Under the pieces are notes generated by a model. It saw nothing but the letters and a program-made list of their open reading frames with translations. It made no database searches and had not been told where the DNA came from. 45,690 nt of DNA, taken from positions 1-45,690 of the forward strand of contig CALHIP010000012.1 in assembly GCA_938030745.1 (NCBI GenBank). The letters are read 5' to 3'. The stretch comes from an uncultured Patescibacteria group bacterium. Its GTDB lineage: Bacteria; Patescibacteriota; Patescibacteriia; UBA2591; CALHIP01. This document shows, in pieces, positions 7,704 through 16,825 of the stretch (position 1 is the first letter of the stretch; every line of letters starts with the position of its first letter). Made by a program: the position numbers and the translations under genes.

Positions 7704-9157
7704 CGTTTTAAGTTATCAATTTTTTGATTAAAAATTATAACACAAAGAATTAGATAACCAATACCTAAAGGATGGTTAAGATAGGGAGAAGTAAAATGAG
7801 TAACAACTAAAGCAATTAAGCCAAACAATAAACCAAGAATTAAAGATTTTTTAAATTTATTTTTCTCAGACGTTAAAGGAATTTTTTCAATCGCCTTCCA
7901 TCCAGATTTAAAAATTTTCCAAATTAAAAATAAGAAAATGAAAAGTCCAACCAGGCCTATTTTTAGCCATAAATCAAGATATCCCCATTCAAAAGCATAG
8001 GTTGTATAATAACCTAAAATTCTTGGATCATTAGAAAAATAAGTAACTGTTTTACCGAAACCGGAGCCAAAAAATGGTTTTTTTAAAATTGAATTAAGTA
8101 AAGAAGGAAGTTGTAAAATTCTTGAAGAAGCTGCTGGTTCTTCTAGTTCCATTCTTTTTCCAATTAAACTGCCAAAATCAATAACTACTTTTGGTGGAAG
8201 TTTCAAAGAAAGCCAGATAAAGAAAAAAGAAATAAGAAGAACAAAAAGAATGATAAGAAATTTTTTAAATATTTCAAAAAAAGAAAATTTTTCTTTTATT
8301 TTTAGAAAAATAAGAAAGGTCAATAAAGTAAGAATAAAACTTAACCAATAACTTCGAGAGAAACTAATTATTAAAGGAAATATTGGTATAAGAAGATAAT
8401 AAAAGTTTTTGTTTTTTTTAAGGAAGACAATTAATGAAAGAATAACAAAAAAGCCAATAAGAGAATAAATTTGTGATTGAAAAAAAACTCGATAGAAAGA
8501 ATCAAGAGCAGTAATCTCGCCTAACCCTCTTGTTCTAATCCAATAATAAAGGTCTATTATTACTACTTTAATTTGGTGAGTAAAAAGGAAAAAAACAATA
8601 AATGTTTTAATAGCCAACCAAGAAAGAGAGGCTGTTAAGATTTTAAGAATATTTTCAATTATCTTTTCTTTAATAATTAAATCAAAAAGTGGAAAAATTA
8701 ATAAAAAATAAAGCCAAGCATTAGCATCAAAAAAGATTAAATCTTTTTGATTTTTATAAATAAATCCAGCTAGAACACCCCAAATTAAAAAAATAAAAAA
8801 TAAAAAATAAAAAATAAAAAATTTTGATTTAATAAAAGATAATTTATATTTTCTGGAAAGTAAACCAATAAACCAAACAAGCATTATCACTGTAAATAAA
8901 ACCATTCTGATAGAAATTCTTATTGAACCTATTTCAAAAAAGAAAAGATGACCTTTTGAACCAATAAAAAGTTCAGCCAGTAAAACATAAATTCCATATT
9001 CTAAATTGATCAAACAAAGGATTAAGAAAGCAACAGTAATAATAAAAAAAGAAAAAGTATTAACAAAAGGAACAAGAAATCCTAAAAAGGAAAGAAGATC
9101 AAATAAAATAATTAATAGCAAAAAAATTCGAAATTGTTTTTGAAAAAGAAAATTCAT
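7700..9157 (-). CDS. O-antigen ligase/polymerase family membrane protein
   Basis: 485 aa polytopic protein; SFSRSYW, PFFGSGFG, GYLDLWLKIGLVG; glycan-cluster context. Confidence 0.85.
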   Translation of the reverse strand: MNFLFQKQFRIFLLLIILFDLLSFLGFLVPFVNTFSFFIITVAFLILCLINLEYGIYVLLAELFIGSKGHLFFFEIGSIRISIRMVLFTVIMLVWFIGLLSRKYKLSFIKSKFFIFYFLFFIFLIWGVLAGFIYKNQKDLIFFDANAWLYFLLIFPLFDLIIKEKIIENILKILTASLSWLAIKTFIVFFLFTHQIKVVIIDLYYWIRTRGLGEITALDSFYRVFFQSQIYSLIGFFVILSLIVFLKKNKNFYYLLIPIFPLIISFSRSYWLSFILTLLTFLIFLKIKEKFSFFEIFKKFLIILFVLLISFFFIWLSLKLPPKVVIDFGSLIGKRMELEEPAASSRILQLPSLLNSILKKPFFGSGFGKTVTYFSNDPRILGYYTTYAFEWGYLDLWLKIGLVGLFIFLFLIWKIFKSGWKAIEKIPLTSEKNKFKKSLILGLLFGLIALVVTHFTSPYLNHPLGIGYLILCVIIFNQKIDNLKR

Positions 9158-9624
9158 TAGAGACCTATAAAAAGAAGAAAAAGACCTAAAATTAAACTAA
9201 GAGAAAGAATAAAGCCGGCGATTCTTACTAGTTTTACCTTTGGTTCAATTGAGTATTTTGAAAGGGCATAGATTTCTTTTAGATACTCTCGAGCAATTTT
9301 TTCTTGAGAATTTAACTCCTCTTTTATAATTCTTTCATATTCGTCCTTTCTTAATCCTTTAAAACCAGACCAACAAAGAAGACTAAAAACTCTCTTTTTA
9401 GTTCTATGGAAGGGAAAACTTACTGCCCAAACAGAAAGAATAAGAGATACCAAAGCAAAAATAGCAATAACAAGAAAACCAACTTTTTCTATTCGGTTAA
9501 CACTTAAAGCAAAGATAATGCCTGAAACACCGACTAAGAAAGATGCTTTATTATCAAAAATCGTCCTTTGCTCCCTCTGATGAAGATAGGCGTCACGAAT
9601 AAAGTTTAATTGTTCATTAGTCAT
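9157..9624 (-). CDS. Small 3-TM protein resembling the Pycsar transmembrane effector family (DUF5706/PycTM-like)
   Basis: DNKASFLVG before TM1, two TMs ending in P, SLLCWSGF loop, IY..S....K...VR before the final TM. Confidence 0.6.
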   Translation of the reverse strand: MTNEQLNFIRDAYLHQREQRTIFDNKASFLVGVSGIIFALSVNRIEKVGFLVIAIFALVSLILSVWAVSFPFHRTKKRVFSLLCWSGFKGLRKDEYERIIKEELNSQEKIAREYLKEIYALSKYSIEPKVKLVRIAGFILSLSLILGLFLLFIGL

Positions 9625-9643
9625 ATTGGTGAATTACAAGAAG

Positions 9644-10516
9644 TTATAGTTTCTTAAATTTTCTAATCAAAGGAAAAATTGAGACAATAGCAGACAAAAT
9701 TAAGCTAAAAGGAGAAATAATCAAAAGAATAAGATAGCTTAAAAAAGAATGATTTTTCTTAAAATAATATAGCAAAGATTTATTAAATTGCCATTGATTC
9801 TTAAAAGGTGAAACCTGAGAAAAGCTACCTGCTTTTTGGTGAATGACCTCAGTTTCTGGATAATAAAAAATTTGCCAACCTTTATTTTTTACTCTTTTAC
9901 AAAAATCAACTTCTTCAAACCAAAGGAAAAAATTTTCATCAAATTGACCAACTTCATCGATGACTTTCTTTCTGATCATAAAAAAAGAACCCATCACCTG
10001 TTCAACTTCTTGAGTTTTTCTATAATCAAAATCTAAAGCAAAATATCTTTTAATTGGCAAAAAATTTTTAAAGAAATGGTGTAATTTCAATAAAACAAAA
10101 ATCTGTGAGATAAGATCAGGAAATTTTCTAACTGAAAGTTGAATTGAACCATCAGGATTTAGAATTTTGCCACCAACAATTCCAACTTTAGGATTTTCTT
10201 CCATAAAATCAATCATTTTTCTTAAGGTATTTTCTTTAATTTCAATATCTGGATTAAGAAGTAAAATATATCTGCCATTAGCTAATCTAATTCCTTGATT
10301 AACAGCTTTAGCAAAACCATTATTTTGATTATTTAAAATAACAGAAGATTTATCATGAGTAAATCCTAATAAAAATTCTTTGCTTGAATCAGTTGAATTA
10401 TTATCAATGATAATTAATTCATAATCAACATTTTTTCCATATCGAAAAATTGATTCAAGACATTTTTTAAGTAAATTTTTTGTTTGCCAATTGACAATAA
10501 TGATTGATAAATCCAT
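9644..10516 (-). CDS. Glycosyltransferase family 2 (WbbL-like)
   Basis: DLSIIIVNW, IIDNNSTD, NNGFAKAVN, LNPD, FDENFFLWFEEVDFC. Confidence 0.93.
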   Translation of the reverse strand: MDLSIIIVNWQTKNLLKKCLESIFRYGKNVDYELIIIDNNSTDSSKEFLLGFTHDKSSVILNNQNNGFAKAVNQGIRLANGRYILLLNPDIEIKENTLRKMIDFMEENPKVGIVGGKILNPDGSIQLSVRKFPDLISQIFVLLKLHHFFKNFLPIKRYFALDFDYRKTQEVEQVMGSFFMIRKKVIDEVGQFDENFFLWFEEVDFCKRVKNKGWQIFYYPETEVIHQKAGSFSQVSPFKNQWQFNKSLLYYFKKNHSFLSYLILLIISPFSLILSAIVSIFPLIRKFKKL

Positions 10517-10518
10517 AA
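10490..10518 (+). repeat. 29 bp direct repeat, copy 1 (5' end of the GT2 gene)
   Basis: attgacaataatgattgataaatccataa; one mismatch to 11380-11408. Confidence 0.9.
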
Positions 10519-10525
10519 ATTATTT

Positions 10526-10575
10526 ATTCTATCATAAAAAATACTCTTGACAAGTTTCAGAAAATGTGTTAAAAA
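10526..10575. promoter_or_regulatory. Overlapping divergent sigma70-type promoters
   Basis: Plus strand: TTGACA 10547-10552, 17 nt, then TGtTAAAAA. Minus strand: TTGTCA, 16 nt, then TGaTAGAAT (10526-10534) upstream of the GT2 ATG. Confidence 0.55.
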
Positions 10576-10596
10576 CAGAATTAAAAAGGAGGAACA

Positions 10597-11277
10597 ATGC
10601 GTTTGTTTAAATTTAAGACTTTATTGATTTTAGTAGCTATACAGTTATTAGCTGTATTCCTATTCGCCCTTCTTGAAATCTCGATCGAAGGAATAAAACC
10701 ATGGGGAGCTGGATTGCCTTCTCAATTTGGTAAACAACAAACTGTTTGGATTTTGACTCAATACCATGTTCTTAAAGATTTATTTATTCTCATCTTAGTT
10801 ATAACAGGTATTTTTCTTGGCACAACTGGTACGACAGGAAAAATTTACTTCAATTGGAGACTACTGATGGTTTTATTTTCTTTTATTATTCTAATTTGGG
10901 TTGGTGAGGACTTCTGGTGGAATATTTTGCATCCTTGTTGGAATTGGGCTTTATACAGGTTAACTTATCAAACAAAGTTTATTAGGAATTGTTGGATAGG
11001 TTCTATTCCGGCTGACTATATCGCTGGTTTGATATTAATATTTCTTTTTCATTTTCTTAGTGGTATCGGAAAAAAAGAATTATTTTATCAAGCTATAAGA
11101 AATGGTGGAGTAACCATTCTCGGATTAATTGTAATAACTTTTTTTCTCATCTTAGTAACAGGTTTTCATACCAGAAAACTCGAACCAGCAACAACTAAAG
11201 AAATTCTTAATCTTTTTTATCCTCAAGAATCGAATGAAATCATGAGGCAGCTACTAGAAAAAGGATTATTAAAATAA
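10597..11277 (+). CDS. Hypothetical membrane protein
   Basis: 226 aa, about 5 TM segments, EISIEG..WGAGLP, YH, EDFWW motifs; AGGAGG at 10587-10592; followed by a terminator. Confidence 0.85.
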   Translation: MRLFKFKTLLILVAIQLLAVFLFALLEISIEGIKPWGAGLPSQFGKQQTVWILTQYHVLKDLFILILVITGIFLGTTGTTGKIYFNWRLLMVLFSFIILIWVGEDFWWNILHPCWNWALYRLTYQTKFIRNCWIGSIPADYIAGLILIFLFHFLSGIGKKELFYQAIRNGGVTILGLIVITFFLILVTGFHTRKLEPATTKEILNLFYPQESNEIMRQLLEKGLLK

Positions 11278-11283
11278 TCAAGA

Positions 11284-11334
11284 CCGGCGGCAATTAATTT
11301 CTAATATTTTAAAATAGTTGCCGCCGGATTTTTT
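11284..11334 (+). terminator. Rho-independent terminator
   Basis: ccggcggcaatta / tagttgccgccgg stem followed by atttttt. Confidence 0.85.
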
Positions 11335-11379
11335 ATAAAACCAATTAGGCAAAATTCCTTTAGGTTTTCAATTTTTCTT

Positions 11380-11408
11380 ATTGACAATAATAATTGATAA
11401 ATCCATAA
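11380..11408 (+). repeat. 29 bp direct repeat, copy 2 (stranded GT2 start, MDLSIIIVNKKN*)
   Basis: attgacaataataattgataaatccataa; its minus-strand ATG at 11406 lies 2 nt after the flippase stop. Confidence 0.9.
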
Positions 11409-12890
11409 TTATTCTCTCATTTTTTCTTCAATAACTTTATCAGTTTTTATACCTAAAGATGATTTGATTAAAGATTGAATTTCTTTTATATCTTCTTTTT
11501 TTATCCCACCGATTAAGTAAAGAGTAAGGAAATAAGAAATTATCCCTAACAAAAAGGAAAAAAGAAGATGAATTTTCTCTTTAAAAATATAGATTAAAAT
11601 ACTCATCACTAAAGATGAAAAAATAACTGAAAATATTTTCTTTAATATCCTTGAAAATTTTATTCTAATTAACATTGAAACTAAATTAACTTGAATAATA
11701 AAAAAAATAAGCCAACCAATGACGAAAGCAATAGCTCCTCCTAAATAAGTAAATTTTGGAATAAGGAGAAAACAAAATAAAATGTTGACTGTCAACCCTA
11801 TTCCTCGAGCAATTGCATTTTGAATTTGTTTATCAAAAGCAGTCAATAAAGAACTAAAAAGAAAATCTAAGAAAGTAAGAGCAAGGGTTCCAATTAAAAT
11901 TTTAAAGGGAACAATAGCGGCAATAAATTCAGGGCCATAAACAAAATGAATTATTTTTTCTCCTTCTATAATCCCACCAAAAATAAGGGGTATTGAGATT
12001 AAAATAAGAGAAAAAAATACTTTTTCAAAAATATAAGAAAGTTTTTCTTTATTCTCTTCTTTAACTAAATAACTGAAAACAGGGAAAATTGACGCGCCAA
12101 AAGCAGCAGGAAGAAAAAGAAGAGCCATTGGAATTCTAAAAGCAGCAGAAAAGATACCGGCTGAATAATCAGATGAAAGATATGAAACAAGAACAGTGTT
12201 AATATAGTTAAAAAGCATAAAGAAAACACTTCCAAAAAATAAAGGTAAAGAGATTTTAAAGAAAAAAGAAATGATTTTTTTATCAAGAACTGGTTTGAAA
12301 ACAAAAATTTCTCTTAAGGGAAGAAAAGAATAAATAAGATACAATAACCCGCCAATAATTAATGGAATAGCAAAAGCAATTAAATGAAGTTTTAAAAAAA
12401 TAAAAAGAAAACCAAGTAAAACATAAGAAAATTTGTTAAGGATAAGACCTATTGATTCATAACGAAGATTCTGCCAGCCCCTGATTGAAGCATAAAAAGT
12501 TGATCCAAATGATTCAAGAATTATCCAAAGAGTTGCTAAATAAACAAAAAAACGAGTAGAGAAAGGATAGTTTAAAAAATTGATTACTAAAACAATAAGA
12601 AGAATGGTAAAGAAAGTAGTAATAAATTTAAAAGTCAAAAGATTATTTAAGTAATCTGTCATTTTTTCTTTGGCTTTAGCTGTTTCTCTAACTAAAGCAG
12701 TAGAAAAACCAAAATCTAAAAAAACTGAAAAAATAGCGACAAAAGAAATAGCAAATGAATAAATGCCAAATTTTTCTGGACCTAAATAACGAGCTAAAAA
12801 AATGAAATAAAAAAAGACGAGTAATTTCTCGACAATATAAGCTATCATTAAATAAAGGGTGTTTTGGGAAAAAGGATAGGACTTAATCAT
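11409..12890 (-). CDS. Wzx-type polysaccharide flippase
   Basis: 493 aa; LARYLGPEKFGIYS, DFGFS, GIFSAAFRI, LIPKFTYLGGAIA. Confidence 0.92.
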   Translation of the reverse strand: MIKSYPFSQNTLYLMIAYIVEKLLVFFYFIFLARYLGPEKFGIYSFAISFVAIFSVFLDFGFSTALVRETAKAKEKMTDYLNNLLTFKFITTFFTILLIVLVINFLNYPFSTRFFVYLATLWIILESFGSTFYASIRGWQNLRYESIGLILNKFSYVLLGFLFIFLKLHLIAFAIPLIIGGLLYLIYSFLPLREIFVFKPVLDKKIISFFFKISLPLFFGSVFFMLFNYINTVLVSYLSSDYSAGIFSAAFRIPMALLFLPAAFGASIFPVFSYLVKEENKEKLSYIFEKVFFSLILISIPLIFGGIIEGEKIIHFVYGPEFIAAIVPFKILIGTLALTFLDFLFSSLLTAFDKQIQNAIARGIGLTVNILFCFLLIPKFTYLGGAIAFVIGWLIFFIIQVNLVSMLIRIKFSRILKKIFSVIFSSLVMSILIYIFKEKIHLLFSFLLGIISYFLTLYLIGGIKKEDIKEIQSLIKSSLGIKTDKVIEEKMRE

Positions 12891-12899
12891 AATAAATTA

Positions 12900-13331
12900 T
12901 TATCGTTTCTGCCATTGAGGTGCTCGACGAGCTCTTTTTAAACCTGGTTTTTTTCTTTCTTTTATTCTTGGATCACGAGTTAAAAAACCGGCTGATTTTA
13001 AAATCGGTCTTAATTCAGGATTATATTTTACTAATGCTCTTGAAATACCTAAACGAATACTTTCTGCTTGGGCATTAACACCACCACCTTTAACTTTAAC
13101 TTCAATATCAAAATTTTTAAAATCAGTAAGAGTTAATGGATCAGTAACTATTTTTTGCCAAACAAAAAATGGAAAATATTCTTTAAAATCTTTTTTATTA
13201 ACAATAATTCTTCCTTCACCTTCAGGCAAAAATTTTATTTGAGCAATAGCAGTTTTCCTTTTTCCTGTTGCAGAAATATATTCTTTAGTTTCTTTAATTT
13301 TTTTATTTTCTAATTTTTCTTTTTTTGCCAT
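12900..13331 (-). CDS. rpsI: 30S ribosomal protein S9
   Basis: TGKRKTAIA, GGG.NAQAESIR, TRDPRIKERKKPGL...APQWQKR. Confidence 0.98.
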   Translation of the reverse strand: MAKKEKLENKKIKETKEYISATGKRKTAIAQIKFLPEGEGRIIVNKKDFKEYFPFFVWQKIVTDPLTLTDFKNFDIEVKVKGGGVNAQAESIRLGISRALVKYNPELRPILKSAGFLTRDPRIKERKKPGLKRARRAPQWQKR

Positions 13332-13335
13332 AATT

Positions 13336-13683
13336 TTATTCTATTTTTAATTTTTTCATTCTTAATTTCCTCAATTTATTTTTTGGCAGCATATGATAAA
13401 CTGCTCTTTTTAAAACTTCCTTTGGATTTTTTTCAAACAAATCCTTAAGCCTTCTTATCTTTAAACCACCAGGATAACCAGAATGATGGTAATATTTCTT
13501 TTGTTGAAGTTTGCTTCCGGTAAATTTTATCTTATCAACATTTTTTACAATAACTAAATCGCCAGTATCTTTATAAGGAAGAAAATCTGGTTTATGTTTA
13601 CCTATTAAAATTTTAGCAATCTCTGAAGATAATCTTCCTAATGGTTTTCCTGTTGCATCAATAATGTAGGTTTTTCTTTCCAT
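13336..13683 (-). CDS. rplM: 50S ribosomal protein L13 (short form; start probably 13683 rather than 13701)
   Basis: IIDATGKPLGRL, GKHKP, YYHHSGYPGGL, MLPKNKL. Confidence 0.97.
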   Translation of the reverse strand: MERKTYIIDATGKPLGRLSSEIAKILIGKHKPDFLPYKDTGDLVIVKNVDKIKFTGSKLQQKKYYHHSGYPGGLKIRRLKDLFEKNPKEVLKRAVYHMLPKNKLRKLRMKKLKIE

Positions 13684-13693
13684 AGATTTATAA

Positions 13694-14044
13694 TTAAACA
13701 AATTTTATCACGGCCATCTTTGCTCCATCATTTTTTCTTATCCTTGTTTTTATAATTTTTGTATAACCACCCTTTCTCTCTAAATAACGAGGGGACAACT
13801 CGTTTAAAATTTTTTTTACCAAATCTCTATTTTGGAAAAATGCCATTAATCTCCTGTATGTTGAAAGATTATTTTTTTTCCCAATAGTAATAAGTTTTTC
13901 TATTTTTGGCTGTAAAAATTTTGCTTTAGCAAGAGTTGTTTCTATTTTTTCATGTTTAACTAAAGAAGAAGCAAGATTTCTTAAAAGTTGTTTTCTTTGA
14001 TCTTTATTTCTATCTAAAATTTTTTTCTTTTTCCGATGTCTCAT
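13694..14044 (-). CDS. rplQ: 50S ribosomal protein L17
   Basis: MRHR, IETTLAKAK, RKGGYTKI, DGAKMAVI. Confidence 0.98.
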   Translation of the reverse strand: MRHRKKKKILDRNKDQRKQLLRNLASSLVKHEKIETTLAKAKFLQPKIEKLITIGKKNNLSTYRRLMAFFQNRDLVKKILNELSPRYLERKGGYTKIIKTRIRKNDGAKMAVIKFV

Positions 14045-14106
14045 AAATATTTCCCTAAAATTAAAAATTTAAATATAAAATCTTTTAAAAATTAGTTATT
14101 AATTTT

Positions 14107-14880
14107 TTATTTCTTCTTAGATCTACCCTTTTTCTTTTTTTCTTTCTTCTCTTTCTCTTCTTTTTTTTCTTCCTCTGGTTTAAGTGAGATCCCTTTATCT
14201 GTTAAATAAGAGAATTGATCTTTCAACATTTCAGCAGCTTTGATAAATGCTTCCAATGGAGTAATTGTTTTATCTGTCTCAATAGAAAGTGTTAAGCGAT
14301 CAAAATTTGTTTTCTCTCCAACCCGGACATTTTCTATTCTCATCCCTACTCTTTTTATCGGAGAAAAAACAGAATCAATTAGAATCTTGCCTATTTCTCT
14401 TGCTTCGCCTCTTCTTTCTTCAACTGGAACATACCCTCTTCCTTTTTTAACAAAAATTTCCATCTCTAAATCTGCCTTTTTATCAGTTAAAGTAGCAATC
14501 AATAAATCGGGATTCACTATTTCAACCAAAGCATTTTTTTCTATATCTTTAGCATAAACTTTTTTCTCTCCTTTTGCCTTTAGACTGAGTCTGATTTCTT
14601 CATCAGTAAAGATTTTCATTCTTAATTGTTTTAAATTTAAAATAATTTCTAAAACATCCTCTTTAACAAAAGGAATTGTGGAGAATTCATGTTTAACGCC
14701 TTTTATTTTCACTGCTGTCACTGCTGCTCCTTCCAGTGAAGAAAGAAGTACTCTCCTTAAAGCATTTCCCCAAGTGGTTCCATAACCAGGATAACATGGC
14801 TCAATAACGATCGTTCCTTTATTTTTTTCTTCTTTATCTTCTTGGTATTCAATTTTTGTTGGTAAAAGAATTGGTTCCAT
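14107..14880 (-). CDS. rpoA: RNA polymerase subunit alpha, N-terminal domain only
   Basis: EPCYPGYGTTWGNALRRVLLSSL, HEFSTI, GRGYVP, IDSVFSP; 257 aa ending in a K/E-rich tail. Confidence 0.97.
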   Translation of the reverse strand: MEPILLPTKIEYQEDKEEKNKGTIVIEPCYPGYGTTWGNALRRVLLSSLEGAAVTAVKIKGVKHEFSTIPFVKEDVLEIILNLKQLRMKIFTDEEIRLSLKAKGEKKVYAKDIEKNALVEIVNPDLLIATLTDKKADLEMEIFVKKGRGYVPVEERRGEAREIGKILIDSVFSPIKRVGMRIENVRVGEKTNFDRLTLSIETDKTITPLEAFIKAAEMLKDQFSYLTDKGISLKPEEEKKEEKEKKEKKKKGRSKKK

Positions 14881-14905
14881 AAAATTTACTTAAATAATTA
14901 TAATT

Positions 14906-15535
14906 TTATCGACTATAAAATTCAATGATTAATTTAAGATTAATATCTTTTGGTAAATCATCAGCCTCTGGTTTTCTTAAAACTTTAATTAATAATTTAT
15001 CTTTGTCAACTGAAAGCCAGCTCGGTACTATTTTTCCCTCTTTCTTAATTGAATTGAGTTGATTTCTTACTTTTTCTATCATCTTACTTGTCGGTTTTAA
15101 AGTAATCTCATCACCTGGTTTAACCTGAAAAGATGGAATATCAACTCTTCTTCCATTCACTCTGATATGACCATGATTAACTAATTGTCGAGCAGAAGAA
15201 AGAGATGGAGTAAATCCTGATTTAAAAACAACATTATCTAATCTCTGTTCTAATAATTTTAATAAATTTTCTTCAGCGTTGCCTTTTAATCTAATTGCTT
15301 TTCGATAATAAATTTTTAATTGTCTTTCTAAAACACCGTAGATTCTTTTTAATTTTTGTTTTTCTCTTAATTGAATACCATATTCAGTCAGTTTTGGATA
15401 ACCTTTTGGTCCATGAATTCCGGGTGGATATTTTCTTTTAATCAAAGGACATTTGGAGGAATAACATTTTTCTCCCTTTAAAAAAAGTTTTACTCCTTCT
15501 CTTCGACAAATTTTACATTTTGGACCTTTTTTCAT
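14906..15535 (-). CDS. rpsD: 30S ribosomal protein S4 (zinc-binding type)
   Basis: CKICRREGVKLFLKGEKC...KC, QLREKQK, LEQRLDN, ARQLVNHGH. Confidence 0.98.
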   Translation of the reverse strand: MKKGPKCKICRREGVKLFLKGEKCYSSKCPLIKRKYPPGIHGPKGYPKLTEYGIQLREKQKLKRIYGVLERQLKIYYRKAIRLKGNAEENLLKLLEQRLDNVVFKSGFTPSLSSARQLVNHGHIRVNGRRVDIPSFQVKPGDEITLKPTSKMIEKVRNQLNSIKKEGKIVPSWLSVDKDKLLIKVLRKPEADDLPKDINLKLIIEFYSR

Positions 15536-15539
15536 AAAA

Positions 15540-15941
15540 TTATACTCTTCTTACTTTAGGTGGTCGACAACCATTATGAGGAATAGGAGTAATATCTTTA
15601 ATCGAAACAATATTTAAACCAGAATAAGCAATTGTCCTTAAAGCTGTATCTCGGCCAGTACCTATTCCTTTAACAAAAATTTTTACTTCTTTAAGATTAA
15701 ATTTTTTTATTTTTTCTAAAACATCATTGGCAATAATCCCAGCTGCATGAGGAGTTGCTTTTTTTGGACCAGAGAAACCCATTTTTCCAGCACTTGAAGA
15801 AGCAATTACGTTGCCATTCTCATCAGTTGCTGTGATTATTGTATTATTGTAAGTTGAATAAATATAAATCCTACCTTTTGGAACTTCCTTGTAGACTTTT
15901 TGTTTTTTTTCTGTTTTTGTTTTACTAACTTCTTTTGCCAT
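15540..15941 (-). CDS. rpsK: 30S ribosomal protein S11
   Basis: STYNNTIIT, DITPIPHNGCRPPKVRRV. Confidence 0.98.
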   Translation of the reverse strand: MAKEVSKTKTEKKQKVYKEVPKGRIYIYSTYNNTIITATDENGNVIASSSAGKMGFSGPKKATPHAAGIIANDVLEKIKKFNLKEVKIFVKGIGTGRDTALRTIAYSGLNIVSIKDITPIPHNGCRPPKVRRV

Positions 15942-15951
15942 ACATCTAAAA

Positions 15952-16341
15952 TTATACTTTCTTTGGCGCTGGTCTTCGGCCAGAACCTAAGGTTTTACGA
16001 ACATTACCTCGAACAGTTCTTGAATTTGTTCTTGTTCTTTGACCTCTGACTGGTAGTCTTTTAATATGTCTTATTCCTCGATAGCAACCAATTTCTTTAA
16101 GTCTTCTAATATTAGCCATAATTTCTCGACGTAGTTCTCCTTCAACTTTATATTCTTTCTCAATGATATTTTTTAAAATGTCTACTTCTTTAGGAGTCAA
16201 ATCTTTCACTCTTTTATTTGGATCAATTTCTGCTTCTCTTAAAATTTTATTAGAAAGAGTTTTGCCAATACCAAAAATGTAGGTCAATCCTATTTCGACC
16301 CTTTTATTAGGAGGTAAATTTATTCCAGCGATTCGAGCCAT
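15952..16341 (-). CDS. rpsM: 30S ribosomal protein S13
   Basis: [32 protein letters not shown]. Confidence 0.98.
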   Translation of the reverse strand: MARIAGINLPPNKRVEIGLTYIFGIGKTLSNKILREAEIDPNKRVKDLTPKEVDILKNIIEKEYKVEGELRREIMANIRRLKEIGCYRGIRHIKRLPVRGQRTRTNSRTVRGNVRKTLGSGRRPAPKKV

Positions 16342-16361
16342 AAATTTTATTATAATAAAAA

Positions 16362-16475
16362 TTATCCTTGACGTTGTTTATGTTTTGGGTTTTTACAAAT
16401 AACGTAGATTCGTTTTTTCCGGCGAACAATTTTACAAAACCGGCAAATTTTTTTAACTGAAGAACGTACTTTCAT
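16362..16475 (-). CDS. rpmJ: 50S ribosomal protein L36 (missing from ORF track)
   Basis: Manual translation [37 protein letters not shown]; lies between infA and rpsM. Confidence 0.97.
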   Translation of the reverse strand: MKVRSSVKKICRFCKIVRRKKRIYVICKNPKHKQRQG

Positions 16476-16505
16476 AAGATCTCTGACTAAATCTTTTATT
16501 TTTTA

Positions 16506-16724
16506 TTAATATCTATAAATAATTCTTCCTTTTGTTAAATCATAAGGACTTATCTCTACTTTCACCCGATCTCCTGGTAAAATCTTAATTTTATTTAGTC
16601 TCATTTTTCCACAAAGATAAGCAAAAATTAATCTTCCCTCATCTAATCTTACCCTAAAAGTAGCGGATGGTAAGAGCTCTTCAACAATCCCATCAACAAG
16701 AATAAAGTCCTTCTTCTTTACCAT
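16506..16724 (-). CDS. infA: Translation initiation factor IF-1
   Basis: [14 protein letters not shown]...[25 protein letters not shown]. Confidence 0.98.
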   Translation of the reverse strand: MVKKKDFILVDGIVEELLPSATFRVRLDEGRLIFAYLCGKMRLNKIKILPGDRVKVEISPYDLTKGRIIYRY

Positions 16725-16743
16725 ATTTACTTTAAAACTTTAA

Positions 16744-16804
16744 ATTTTAGCAAAAAGAAGTAACAAAGTCAAGATTTGACTTATTGATATTTAAGAGTTA
16801 ATAT
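16744..16804. promoter_or_regulatory. Back-to-back divergent sigma70 promoters
   Basis: Minus strand: TTGACT(16772-16767)-N17-TAAAAT with TG extension. Plus strand: TTGACT(16776-16781)-N17-TAATAT. The two -35 boxes form the palindrome aagtcaa-gat-ttgactt. Confidence 0.75.
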
Positions 16805-16825
16805 TATAACAAAAGGAGGTGAAAA

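Noticed and set aside
16293-16304. Third near-copy of the tttcgacc motif
   Set aside because: It lies within rpsM coding sequence (KRVEI) and not upstream of a start codon.
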